A stretch of 64,000 nucleotides of DNA from Balanoglossus misakiensis (taxonomy: Eukaryota; Animalia; Hemichordata). The notes below the pieces were generated by a model, which was given only the letters and a program-made list of their open reading frames with translations, made no database searches and had not been told where the DNA came from. This document shows, piece after piece, positions 1 to 12,505 of the stretch (position 1 is the first letter of the stretch; the number at the start of each line of letters is the position of its first letter). The DNA lies in contig CM082590.2 in the NCBI GenBank assembly GCA_040954595.2, positions 2,542,001 to 2,606,000 on the forward strand, written 5' to 3'. A program made the translations under genes and the position numbers.

Positions 1-770
1 GCCCTATACAACCACGCGTAAAATCACTATTTGGGTCTTGAAGTTAACGTATGTTACTATCTTGCAATGCGTTTTGCCCCTTGTGCTTAGATAACAAGCA
101 AGTAAAAGTGGCGGGTGGGCGTGTACCCCTAACCCAACCCAGTCGAGTTTTTTCGGCTTTTCGAAGTTCAGTCGAAGGCTTATCTTGATGTGGACAAATA
201 GTCTTTCACACCTTTGTAAATCCTCTGCCTGTAATGTAAGGCAAGGGCTTCCTTTGCTTTGAACACTGTTTATATAGCTTGTCTTTGTCTGTGGACTTAA
301 TTACTCATGGACTGCTAATTACACTTTACTGTTAGCAGAATGGTACACTAGGACGTAGTGTACTTGTTTGTCCATATGCAACTACCTTCGCCTGGCTCGA
401 GTGCGAAGTGGCTCCCTGATCACAGGCATGAAAAAAGGGGGCAAATTCCGGCATTCGCGCACATTTTTCGGAACCGACACAATAGGCAATGCATAGACAG
501 GTACCCTAGGTGAGCTTTTGACGTGGAAAAATGAAAACTTTCCAAAGCATGGCATTAGACCTTTAAGGATTGGTACCATTTTAAATTTAAATTAGCCTTG
601 CCTTTACTATAACCTTACACACAATCGCCATTGTTCAGTTTATGTCAGTGACTTTAAGGGGGATGGTAGTTACATCACAATTCCCAGCAAGAGCTATCAG
701 GCTTTATTGGGCCAGTGGCATGCATGACTCTTGATGTTAGTTTTGGAAGTGGAAAAAATATGGCTATATA

Positions 771-976
771 CTGTAAAACATGAAATTTTCGCAACGGGAA
801 ATTTTCATAATATCAAATGTGGCAACTGTTATGCAACGATTAATTTTCGCATTCTCGAATTTCAATTCATCATTATTTCTGAAAAACATGTTTACGCGAC
901 TTTTTAGTTTCGTGTTTTTTTAGCACTTGCATGATTCGGGCGAATTTATCTCTCATGAAAATTTCCCATTTTACAT
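771..976. mobile_element. Short MITE with CTGTAAAA-type ends
   Basis: ta|CTGTAAAACATGAAATTTTC...GAAAATTTCCCATTTTACA; a related copy lies at 23217-23406. Confidence 0.5.
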
Positions 977-1515
977 ACATCCTAAGTATCATTTTTTCAC
1001 ACCAGAAGACAATGCACAGTTGCTTTGTGTATGGCATACTTTGTATTACAATAGACACTGACAACTAGTTACATCCTCCCAGCATACAAATATGGTTATA
1101 TTGAAATAAGGCATTATGATGGAAACAATGTAAAGCTAATGCAAGAATTAGTACAGACCGAGTATATTATGTTACTACACTGGAATAACAATTTCGTGTT
1201 ATTTGATCTGTTTAAATTTTTTTTTTTAAATCAAGGAACACTGAAGAATGAGTGGAGGTGATAGCTTTGGAATGGATATGTCTGTATACAGTAAATGAGA
1301 GTGATAAATATTCCAAATCCCCAATACTTGACTGTCTGGAAAAAACCTTGAGAATTTTCTGACATTTCTTTGGGCATCTGGGTTTCATTTAGTATATAGA
1401 AGTTACAACGGTAATGAAGGCATGAACAGTCTCCTGTTCATTATAGTCAGTTTCCTGTAAGAATTTATTGATTCGGAATATCAAAAAGACTCATGTCAAC
1501 AGCCAGCAGATTACT

Positions 1516-1713
1516 ACATGATTGTTGCAGTGTTTGTTGCATGCTGGGTGCCAAGTCCATCTGAGGTACCTGTGGTCGCGGCCGTGGCTGTTGTCCTAGT
1601 TACAGCTGTTGTTGTTGTTGTTGTGATAACTGTTGCTGTTGTTGTTGTTGTTGCCATGTTTGTTGTTGTGGTGGTGGAATGGTTGCTTTTGTTCCGCTGG
1701 CTTGTTGCTGCTG
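1516..1713 (-). pseudogene. Poly-Q exon with in-frame TAA
   Basis: ctgcag|CAG CAG CAA...QQQL*LGQQPRPRPQVPQMDLAPSMQQTLQQS. The TAA at 1600-1602 looks like CAA>TAA. The 3' boundary is uncertain. Confidence 0.6.
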
Positions 1714-3278
1714 CTGCAGTTAAATACAAACAAAACAGTTTTCTTTTAAAGTCACTTCACAGCAAATGGCAATGTATCAGGAGACACTTCTTTTTAATTT
1801 TCTTTACATTTGTCAATCAGACTGAAATTTAGGGCGGCATATAGTTAGTTACTGTACAATGGGAAATTGATTTAGGCTGTGTCTAAAATTGATGGTTAGT
1901 TTCAGGACCCCTGTTGACCTAATTAATTATGTACACTCCTAATTCTAGGCTAACCAATAGATCTAGAAGTTTAGATTTTGTAGGACATAGATCAGTTTAG
2001 GATCAAAACTTTTTGACAAAATTTTGGGTATCCACAGCAGATAATCCTTAGCATTCTGTAGGAACCCTGGGAATTGCTTGGGCCCAGTGAACACTGCTTG
2101 CAGCTTTAATTCACCATGTTCTCAGATGCAGACATTTTGAAGAGAATATGATTTAAATTCTAAGCAGACTTTTGTTAAAGTGTAATGTTCATCTAACACA
2201 CATTTGCCAAAGCAGAGACTCTAGTTACAAAATTGTTATCTATGCCACAAGTGCTGTCTTAACAACAGACAAGGTGGCGGCAACCATAGTCTGTGTCATA
2301 GATTAGGAAAAGACAGCAAATTGAGTGAAAAGAAGAGACAAAACTAAATTCTTCTTATCTGGCATGCAAGAAATATAGAAGGAAGCGAAGGCAGTCCACT
2401 ATATGAATGCACGCACATAAAATTGTGCAGAATATTTGGATTGGACGTTATTTTGTACACACAAAATTAACGCATATGTGCATAAGAGTAAGATGATTGT
2501 CGTCATTTAAAACTGTCTGTCAGAGGTTATCATCAGTGCTTCCACACTGGTACCATGGAAAAACTAGAGGAATTGAAAATAAGAATGAGACAAGATTTGT
2601 TGTATTTCTTTGTCGGTAATTTAGGTCTGCTTTCCTTCCAGCTTTTCCCCCCACACTAAAACTGAACAGGTTGGACCAGTCACACCTCCCTTAATCCTAT
2701 TGGTCCCAATGTTTATTTCATCAATATATCTATGGCATGCTGACTTGGACAATAATTCTGACACAAAATTGATCATGAGTGTGAACTGATTGCATAAACA
2801 TTTTTCAAAAGTACTTCCTGTAAAAAGGGAGGAGGCTCCACACACCAGACTATTTTTGTTTATGTACATGACTTACACATGCGGGGGTTGTCAACTTGAT
2901 GAAATAGCCATTCTCTAGATTCCCTATTGTTATAAGAGTGTACATAAACATGAAAAGTAAAATCATGAATATTAATAGATGTGGTGTGTATGGCCGATTT
3001 GAGGCAAATCAGCCATACCCACCACGTCTAAATCTGTGTGGGGAAAAGTTGTCATGTTGGGCAAATAGTTCATTGAATTTATTCTGTGTGACTGTCAGGT
3101 CTTCAATACATTAAAATCATTTTGGGAATGGCACAGACCATGTTATTTGTACCATCAAGAAAGCTCCTTTTTGAGAAAACTTATTTCATTTTTCCCCACA
3201 TAACAATTCCCAGAAGTGCCACTGGTACCAGTCTTGGTTTTCAAAATATTCACTGTACACATTATTATGACAACTTAC

Positions 3279-3518
3279 TTGTAAGAGGTGTTTTAGTTGT
3301 TGATTTGTTGATTGTATATTGGATGGCTGTGCTTGCACTGCTTGTTGTTGTTGTTGGGCTCTCTCTTGTTGTAACCTTTGTAATTGCTGTTGTTGTTGAT
3401 GTTGTTGTCTTAGAGCTATGAGTTGACTTTGTCTGGCATGTTGATCTTGCTGTTGTTTCAATTCAAGTTCTTTTTTCTGTGCCATCTCTAGATTCTTCTG
3501 CAGTGCTTGAATATTCCT
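3279..3518 (-). pseudogene. Q-rich coiled-coil-like exon ending in LxxLL (240 nt, phase 0-0)
   Basis: tttcag|AGG AAT...TTA CAA|gtaagt encodes RNIQALQKNLEMAQKKELELKQQQ...NQQLKHLLQ. LKHLL fits the NR-box consensus known in the MED25 C-terminus. Confidence 0.75.
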
Positions 3519-4626
3519 CTGAAAGATCAAACAAAGAAAAGTGTAAACATTCAAACATTGTCATCTGTGTCAATCTACCTACATGTAACATGACTACAGG
3601 AGCTTCAGCCAAGCCAAGCTTTTCACTTGGGAGATTATTGAAATCAATTTAAAACTCAGCAACTCCAACTTCGGGTTATTTTCTCAATACTTTTGTTTTG
3701 GCGGTCACCTTTCATTGAACAATGAATGGGCAAGTGCTCGCTCACTTCTTCACTGAATTTCACTGTTTGTTTATCTTATCATAAAAAAACTTGGGCATCG
3801 CAGTCCTTTGGACAAAAATATTCATGTGTGGTGATTTAAAATCAATGTTGCAAGAAGAAGAATTAATCACAGGATTAACGGTTTCTGATTGAAAAATACT
3901 AAATGCTTAATATGCCATATGCCGTACACAGAGTGATCACATTAGTCAATAGGACAGCTGTTCCAAAGGACTAAAATGATGGCAACGTTTTAATATTATA
4001 TTTATTTTACAAAACCTTGCATCTGAGCTTTACTTTAAAGTACTTCCATTTACTAGTAGTACAAGTGCACATCAGTTAACATTGACAGCTAGGCATGACG
4101 TCATAGATGTAGGACTTCAAAATGGACATTCTGAACAGTGGGGGCGCTCTATCATGGTGGATTTTAATGAACATGTGTATTTAATTTCATCACTCACATT
4201 TGTCCATGGAAACTGTATTTTAACATACGCTTATAGTTAAGGCATTTGCAGTATCTAGTCATATTACAGTAATACACCAGACATGTTCTTAACTCAACTA
4301 AATGTGTGTAAGTTCAATTTCTGACCTCACTCAGATTACCCAAGTCCATGTGACAAACTCAAGTATACAGACTTGAACTCCGGAAAAACTAGTCACCTAC
4401 AATACTTGAAATGGAGCCACATCCAAAACTTGACTTTGAGATCTTTTATCAAATCAGTTTTCCTTTTAGAATTAGAACTCCCATGCAATTTTTGTGACAG
4501 AGGAAATAAATAGATTCTCAGAAAAAAACAGTTTCCTCTTTAAAGATCCAACCTTACCATAGAAAATAAAAGGTTTAGACTGAACCATAGTGGTGAAAGG
4601 GTTAAGCCAGAGCATGTATCAAAATA

Positions 4627-4796
4627 CAGTAAAACCTGTCTCAACCGAACCCTGTCTAATCTGGAAACCTGTCTATTTCAAAGACATTGTTCAAACCTTT
4701 TGACATAGAACCACATGTTGAAAGAACCTCTTTAAATTGTACACCTGCAATCTGAACAATTTCTTCAGTCCCTTTGGTGTTAGACAGGTTTGACTG
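4627..4796. mobile_element. Tc1/mariner-pogo-type MITE
   Basis: ta|CAGTAAAACCTGTC...GACAGGTTTGACTG|ta: TIR with TA TSD. Confidence 0.7.
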
Positions 4797-5257
4797 TACT
4801 TGAAAGTGCAATTGAACAAAAATGCTAAAAAATATAATTGCAGAGAGTCAGTATTTTAGGCTGGGCATCATCTACATAGTTCCCAGAGTCAATACTCTCA
4901 CAGTAGTCCATTTCTCTACGTACCAAATTTTTATAAAACATTGCTATGCAGTCATGTTACCCTTCCAAGACGCGAACATGAGGCCAGTTGGTCACAAAGT
5001 AAAAACTTGATTGTCTTGTGTATCAACACTACAGTTGGGACTTATGTTCGACAGCCACATTTTATTATAGTAAGGTCAGTTTTACACGCAACTTGTATCA
5101 TGTATACAACAAACTAGATGAGCTCGAGCAGTACTCTACTGACCGCCTTTTTCACATTGTCTGCATTGAGATGACACTTTATTTTGGAAGGCTGCCCTCT
5201 TTATGAAAAATGTCATGATTGTGTTACACGTAAAAAAGACAGAAATCAACACAACAG

Positions 5258-5442
5258 CAGTCAAACCTGCTCATTATGGCTAGTGAAGGGACTTTTCTAA
5301 ACTGGCCTTTATAGATAAGTGGCCATTATACCTTGTAGAAAGTCAATTAATGTACATGTAAATTGCACAGGGACTAGAATAAAGTGGCCACTATATAGAG
5401 GTGGCTGCCTAATAGAGGTGGCCACTCAAACAGGTTTGACTG
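5258..5442. mobile_element. Tc1/mariner-pogo-type MITE
   Basis: CAGTCAAACCTG...CAGGTTTGACTG|ta with internal gaggtggcc subrepeats. Confidence 0.65.
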
Positions 5443-5583
5443 TATGTTGATTTGTGTCATGAATAGCCGACATTTACCAATGACTGATTGTACAATATAT
5501 GATTTCAGTGTCACATATACATGTATAAGACACTAAGTACAAACCCATACATCTTACTTTCTCTCCAAATTGTAGATACTCAC

Positions 5584-5693
5584 CAACGCATGTATGTTGA
5601 ATCCTGGTCTGCAACCACACTGGTAACTGGTTGGTGTGTTGTAACATACTCGTTGGCATGGTGACCAACCAGCTTGATCGCACTCATTGTCAT
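5584..5693 (-). pseudogene. cbEGF exon 4 (110 nt, phase 1-0, last Cys out of frame)
   Basis: ctgcag|AT GAC AAT GAG TGC...TTG|gtgagt encodes DDNECDQAGWSPCQRVCYNTPTSYQCGCRPGFNIHAL. The terminal TCV is present in a shifted frame. Confidence 0.85.
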
Positions 5694-7558
5694 CTGCAGG
5701 GAAAACACAAATATCATAAAATGTATTAGAATGAATACATGTGAATTACAGTTGTCTTTGAGTGCACATTTGAAAATATACGACAAGAGAGCAAAATTGT
5801 GTGAAACTTAATAAATATCATCTGGCATACAACTTGGTCATATCATATGTTTATCTGTACCAGTACTGAATACTGATAAACAAACAATGTAGTAACCAAA
5901 TAACATTTAACAAGGTAGTGTTTGAAAGCCAAAAATATCATGCATAAGACAACAAACTCATTGTTTTGGCTCCGAAGTGTAAACAGAGGAGTCTGTCAAG
6001 TTGGGTATGAGCTACTACTTCCGTCTGTCAAACTACTTCCGTCCGTCAAGAATTCATACTATTTTCTAGTAGGGGTGTGTAGCTTTATGTTTTTGGCGGT
6101 GGTGTGTAGCTTTGAGGTGTTGAGGAAGAATTGGAACAGTGACAGAAATCGGAACGGATTAGCCAGCAGTGTTTTCACTACCCGCGAGAAAACAGTTGTG
6201 TTTGGCGAGACGATTTTCATACAAATTGGTCAAACTTGTGAAGAACTGCTATCTAACATCGTCATTTGTTTTGCCATGATCAACTTGCCACGATCAGTGC
6301 ACTACAATGCGTGAAATTGGACCGCTGTTCTGTTCATTGATCATCACCCCCCCCCCCCCCCCCCCCCCCGTATCATGAACATTGTAAGGCAATACATTGA
6401 ATTCAGCTCTTCCAGCTAGTGGCCGCACTCGCTTGATTTCCTGTGTGTGTCTCTGGGGACACAAATAATGCATATGCGTCTTTTTCTAATTTGCATATTT
6501 TGAATTGGTTAGGTGTGCCTTGACTTGAACGCGTCAAGCGTACAGGTTGTTATGGAAGTTTCTTTTTAGAACGACTAGTGTTAGTCTGTGGGCCCAACCA
6601 GCAAAAATAAGTTCTAGAAATGTCATTATGTTGTATAAGAGTTTTGTTCTACATGAAATTAGCTGGAAATGACAGGTGGGAAACTATTGATGTGAAATCA
6701 GGTCACTTCTACCGAAAATGATGGACCAGAGAGCAATGACTTTTTAAAATTATTTCATATACTATGTTCACAACTGCTATGCTCCCATAAACTGGGGAAA
6801 CTAAATGATTGAACTTTCTGTTTGAACAATTCATGTATTTTTTTGCTAACACCTACACTACTATAGTCAGCACATGACATTACCTATATACTTGAAAATG
6901 GAGAACTTTTTATCAAAACACTTAAGCTGATCTTGAATGCTGTCTGATATTTTTTTTCAAAATATATTTCTTTCACGTTTAGACTAGTGCTTCTACTTGC
7001 ACTGTTTTTTTTTCAAAACACATTTCTCATAGCTTGCACTGGTGCAATTTGATACGACAATACACAATGAATTCCATCAGTATAACATAAGATACAAAAT
7101 CTGAGAGGGAAATGACAGAATATATTTGTGTGAGGCCATTTGTGTGTGCGGGCCATTTTAAGACTAAATTTAAAACAGTTATTAGAGCCATTGACAAGTG
7201 GTTTTTCCCTCTGCCAAGCACCCACCTTATCAAGCTTCATTCAATATTACATGAGCAAAACAGTTCAGCATTTCACCTTGGTGTTTGCAAATTGTTCCTT
7301 TCACCCATATACCAAACCACTGTTCTCCAAACATGCTGCTCATCAGCCACTACACACTGAGAGAGCACCAGGTGTCCTTGACGCTATTTTTTTAAATTTC
7401 TAACTATGGAAAGTGCCTGATAACTTTTAATTATTTTCTGTTTTAACATGGTGACTGACTGTAAAGTCTGTCACTTACAACTTCTGTAAGCGCCCTTTTG
7501 AAGCAGGAGATGCAAATCCATTGTTGACCTATCCCCTCCCCACTCAAAAAAAACTTAC

Positions 7559-7678
7559 CTAAACAATTGACATGCTCTGCACTCAGAGAGAAACCATCAT
7601 CACCACAACTACAGCTGAATCCACCCTCTGCATTGAGAAAACCTCCAGCACAAACAGAATCTGAACACTCATTCACAT
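7559..7678 (-). pseudogene. cbEGF exon 3 (120 nt, phase 1-1, one Cys lost)
   Basis: tttcag|AT...TTA G|gtaagt encodes DVNECSDSVCAGGFLNAEGGFSCSCGDDGFSLSAEHVNCL. Confidence 0.85.
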
Positions 7679-7995
7679 CTGAAAATAGAGAGAAAAAAAC
7701 ATCCGTTGTAATTATTCAAGTCAATACCAATCCTCCCTTCCTTTAAAAATTTCCATAAAGTGAACAAATTCACATGGCTTTGAAATTAGTATTAACAGTG
7801 ATATTTATAATATTTCTAACAGGCCTGACTTTTCTAAACTTTGAGTTTCTTTGTGGATTTGTAGAAATGATCTACAAACTGAGCTGTCAGGTCATAACTG
7901 TTTGTGCTTTGGCATGTACACATATCCCAGTATGCCCTACATGGTTGGCAGTGAAATTGATAAAATCTTCACCTAAGATTTCAAACTCGTAGATC

Positions 7996-8402
7996 TTAAT
8001 AGATTCTCACACGCCTGGCATGCTGAGAGTGTGGGATCAGAGTGTGAGAACAAATCAATCCCACACACTCACTGAATCGAAAGCTGTATATGACGCGAGC
8101 GCCGATTGGATGACAAAGCGTTTTTTAATAACGTGCGCTTAATGTTATCCAATGACACGATAAAGAAACTACATGCCAGATGACAATTCAAGAGTCATTT
8201 ATTCAATGTTTTAAGACGAATTTAGCTAATTTGTGCCCGTGTGAGAAATATAATCTCATACACAAAGGACCTATGATCATATTTCCCACACTCGTCAGGG
8301 ATATTTTGTCCCACACTCGCCTGCGGCTTGTGTGGGACATAAAATCCCCAACTCATGTCAGAATTATGACCCCTAGTCCTTGGGAGTGTGAGATTCTATT
8401 AA
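7996..8402. repeat. Interspersed element with short inverted ends and internal hairpins
   Basis: ttaatagattctcacac...gtgtgagattctattaa; internal tgtcccacactcgcctgcggcttgtgtgggaca stem-loop. Confidence 0.55.
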
Positions 8403-8547
8403 TCTCACAACCTTAGGACCTGGGATAAGATTTCTCAGATGAGTTGGTGATATTTTGGCTTGTGTTAGTCAACATATACCTGATAAGTGTAAAAAATTGC
8501 GTCAAGGACACAGTGGTCCCATTCAGTCTACACGGAGTACATATACA

Positions 8548-8579
8548 CAGTCAGATCGCACGGTGCTCATTTGCATATG
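8548..8579 (+). repeat. Left TIR of the Academ-like element
   Basis: cagtcagatcgcacggtgctcatttgcatatg, preceded by taca; 29/32 match to the reverse complement of 19492-19523. Confidence 0.88.
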
Positions 8580-9369
8580 AAAGTTCATCAAGCGAGCGAC
8601 CGTTAACTTTCAAACAGACGGCAATAGGCCAGTTTTCAAGGTGATTTTCAACTTGATTTTAACGCTCTGTTGTGCAATAAAATACCATGTTAGCTGGATA
8701 AATTACGAAAGTGATTCCCATTTTTCACTGCATACGTAAATTTTATGAAAATCTGTGGTAATAGTAAAAGTTTTTAACGTGTTTTCGGTGGTATGTTGGT
8801 GACCCCGAAAGAGACGTCCACAAACGTGTCAAAAATCATTTGAAAACGACCTCAGAAAGTAACCAAACTTTCCTGATAGAGAGGTCTAATATCGGTCCCA
8901 ACATCCGTGAAAAGAAATTAATTTGAAATGCTTGCGTAACAGGAAGTGTTGCATTGATCGTGAAACGATAAGTTTACCATGGGGAAACAGTCTTTGAAAG
9001 GCAATTCTTAAGTAAAACAGTTACTGGATAATGGATAACACCCTAAGGTAACATATTAGCCAAGTTTTAACTTAATTACTGGCCTGATTTCGACACAACA
9101 TCGATCAATCGCCTACAAATGTAGGTCCCATATGGACAGAATGCCAGGTTTACCATACATGACTACGTACGTGTGAGGAGCACAGCTGGTGTATTTTTTT
9201 TTTCTCCGTATCATGGCCTGGGATATAAGTAGATGTTTCGAATATGCAAAATGCCAACTGTAACTTCGAAACCATTTCCCTTTATTCGCTGATGATATGT
9301 GCAATAAATATTTGTGTCTGAAGGCAAGCAATTTTGTTTTGACTTTTGTTGTCATCATTGCATTGGGCT

Positions 9370-10090
9370 GAACATGACAGAGTTTGAGCTGATCAGCTGA
9401 CTTCAAGTTTCGATTTAGAACATATAATTTGATCATATCAGACAGATATGATGGTCCAAGTCTATGAATGAATTCAAAAATAAGAAATAACATCTTGAAA
9501 ACAATACGATCAGACACAGGTAACCAATGCAACTGAAATTGCATTGATGTAAAAGGTGATTTTGGAACTAGCAGCAATATTTTGAACTTGAATACGACTG
9601 ATCTCGTACTTAGGGAGCCCAAATAAAAGTGAATTACACAAATCTATTCGAAATGCAACAAAAGCAGGAACTTTATTGCTCTGTGGCGGCTTGAGATAAA
9701 TATTTACAGACAAGTGCAATATGCTGCAAATGAAAAGCAACTGAATGGCAGATCTGTGCAATCATTGTCAGACAATGAACAGGTTTCAGAGCATCACATG
9801 AATTTCTGTAATCCCTCTGGCAGATAGATTACCCGAAGTAGCAGAAAAAATAACAAATTCAGTCTTATCGTTATTTAAACACAAGACATTTTCAGACATC
9901 CAGTACCGCATAAAGCATTCTGGGAGCATTCTCGTTGGTAAAAGACAATGAAGAGCCATCTGCATAAAAGCTATATACAGGCATCCATGACTAGAAACTA
10001 ATTTCCCTATTGGAGAAGTGTACATATTAAAAAGTAGAGGACAAAGAAGTGATCGTTGTGTTACCGCAGTGTCAAGCGGATAAAATGGTG
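9370..10090 (-). mobile_element. Degenerate L2/CR1-group LINE ORF2 3' fragment
   Basis: Frameshifted motifs WMSENVLCLNNDKTEF, RIDLCNSLLFGLP and LHWLPVSDRIVFK, typical of the C-terminus of L2-clade RT proteins. Confidence 0.8.
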
Positions 10091-10529
10091 ATTGTTTGGA
10101 ACACGGTTATAGTAACCATGTCTGAAATTAACACATACACACTGGGTGCGATTGAAAAGGTATGACTGAAACCACAACAGGGCTGCAACCCCCAAAAGAC
10201 CAAATCAATTTCTTTGATGATTCATTAAATGTCATCACAGTCACCATCATTGGAATCACAATCACCATTCTTTGAATTATCAGTTTGTTTTTCTTCCGTC
10301 CAGTTATATTCATCAGTCAGTTCGTCAAAGTCAGAATCAGTCTCGTAAATATTTCCCTCTTCTTCTCTTAAAATGTCAAATTCATGTGACTCCTGTAAAA
10401 TTGCATCAATGCTATTTTCCATATTATGATGTTCAGTATCAGTGATTGGTGATGGTGATTCTAATAGTGGTGACTTATCTGTATATTTTGGGCATACCCC
10501 ATACTTTTTCGATGTGGTACAGAATCCAG

Positions 10530-10655
10530 GATTCCCATTATGTGGATTACTGCAGTCATTACATCGACACGCAGGGCCACAACCATTGTGGGTCTTATAA
10601 CATTTACAACATCTGCTATTACAAGTTGGCATCTTTTTGCAGCCACACCCTTTTG
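10530..10655 (-). other. Cys-rich CXC/CRC-like zinc-binding domain followed by an acidic tail
   Basis: GCGCKKMPTCNSRCCKCYKTHNGCGPACRCNDCSNP in ORF 10225-10689. Confidence 0.75.
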
Positions 10656-11108
10656 TTAGCAACTCCAAATTATTTTTCACTTTTTCCAAATTGGCATCAC
10701 TGTCCTAAATAATATCAAGTTCGCCGTTGCTTAGTCTGTATCCATAATTATTGAATAAGGGAAACGTAACATGGCACTGATCGGCCTGGGACCATAACTG
10801 AGAGACCCAGCATGATCTTTTCCAGTGCAGTTGTAGGGCTTCAAAGGAAGGGATACATTCTTCCTCATACTGGATACGTGGGCAAATTGTTTCTCGTATA
10901 TATGTAAGCCATTTGATGTGGTTATCTTTAAGACTGTTAGTGACACTGGCTACTTGTCGATAAAGTTCAAAAGGATGAGATGCATCAAATGCTTGGAAAT
11001 GTTTCTTAACATAAACACTACCTTTTAAACGTATGAAAGCGAAAATTCCATTCCCTACACTGTCTACTGTTGTGTCTATCAGTGTTCCAGGTATAAGGGT
11101 GCCACTAG

Positions 11109-11621
11109 TTATAAATTCAGAGTATTGAAAAAATGTCTTGTAGAAAGATTTCCTTCCGATGCCTGCAAAGTATAGTCACAACCTGTGCATATGAACAGTG
11201 TTTGAAATATTTTGCCTAAATATTGGAGGGGAATATGTTGCAAATCAGGGTCTAAATTTAAATCTGATTTGAATTGATTCATGTCTAAATAAGTGAGATT
11301 TGATAAATCATTATCAAGTTGTACAAATATCTCCTTTTGAACATGTTGATATAGTACTGGGAGGAGAACATGATAAGTATCGGTATCAGGGGAGTAAATA
11401 ACACCTTTCTTGTAAGAGGACTGAACTGCATGAAGGATGCATCTACTGTCAGCTTCTTCATGACAACTTTTGGCTTCCCACTCAGACACAATTCCATTAC
11501 TACCAACGAAAAGACTCTTGTCCCTATTTTCTCCATCAAAGCCACCTGCTGTAATGAGGACCTGATCACCTTGCAGAGCCGGCACAATTATTTTTAAAGA
11601 TGTGGCTGACAAGAAGTTCAC
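11109..11621 (-). pseudogene. XPG/FEN1-like (PIN-fold) nuclease domain of the Academ protein
   Basis: CHEEADSRCILHA, YSPDTD and CTGCDY correspond to the EAD / DxD / GCDY motifs of XPG-family nucleases. Confidence 0.8.
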
Positions 11622-11661
11622 TAGTTTTCTCTTGTTTGGCTTACAATTGATGTATGTTTTG

Positions 11662-12505
11662 AGCTAATATTATTGATTACCTATTTTTTATGCATTTTTT
11701 TGTATTTTTCCATGTTATTAGTAAAAAGTCTTCATTTCTGAAAGTGATGGGCTTACTTCTTTGAAATTTAGCATGAAGCTTCCTAATGGTTGTCTGAGTA
11801 ACCATAGTTTTGTTCAAATTGTTGCAAAATTTGCATATTTATAATTTTGAGCAATATTTGCCATTTTTGGTCAATTTATTTTTCTTTAAAACCGCATGCC
11901 AGATTGCTTTGCAATTTGGTAGGCATGTTCGTAGGTGTAAGTCAAGTAATATGTTGTAAAAAATGTGATATTTTCATAAATGTGTTATCGGGGAAACTTT
12001 TGCAATTTTTGTCAAAAATTGTTTTCCTGAAACTGTTTGTCATATTGCATAGAACTTTGGCAGCATGTTCCTTGTAGTGATTGAGGTAAGGTATTGTACA
12101 ATTTTGTGTTTTTGCCACTTTTGAACAAATATCTTTTGTGAAACTGCTTGTTGATTGCTTTGAAATTAGTTTTTTCTCTGATTGCTTTGAAATTTGGGAT
12201 ATAATTTCATAACACATACATGTATATGTGCAACTTTTATTCAATTCTGATATCAGAAATATTCAATATTTAGCGAGTTTTTATGAAAGTTTCTTTGTTT
12301 GGTTAGCAAATCTTCTCCTTAACCAATTATCCAGTTGTTTTGAAAGTTACTGTTTACAAGGAGTCGTTACCCCCAACTTAGACATGTTTACATAACTTCA
12401 ATAAGCCAGCTGTCAGAGAGACCATGGGCTATTAAATTTTTAATTACCAGTGGCAGGTCAGTGTGTGTGTGTGTGTGTGTGTGTGTGTCTGTCTGTCTGT
12501 CTGTT
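11662..12505. repeat. Non-coding interspersed repeat(s) interrupting the Academ ORF, with internal subrepeats and a (GT)n(CTGT)n microsatellite; possibly Helentron/DINE-like
   Basis: Recurring gattgctttgaaattt-like subrepeats; (gt)n(ctgt)n at 12461-12504; flanked by transposase fragments. Boundaries are approximate. Confidence 0.45.

Noticed and set aside
1514-1832. Poly-Thr (-) and poly-Val (+) ORFs; likewise the Val-rich ORF 3122-3421
   Set aside because: Alternative frames or antisense of the CAA/CAG poly-Q exons.
6347-6369. Poly-C/poly-G runs (also ~26111, ~30613, ~32609)
   Set aside because: Simple homopolymers within repeats, with no evidence of function.
7013-7240. ORF with WQREKP...KWP, superficially like the MED25 ACID domain
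   Set aside because: Spacing and other residues do not fit and I saw no convincing splice sites; only a profile search could rescue it.
11109-11621. Host FEN1/XPG/EXO1 repair gene
   Set aside because: Lies within TIRs and is colinear with transposase fragments, so it is the transposon's nuclease domain.
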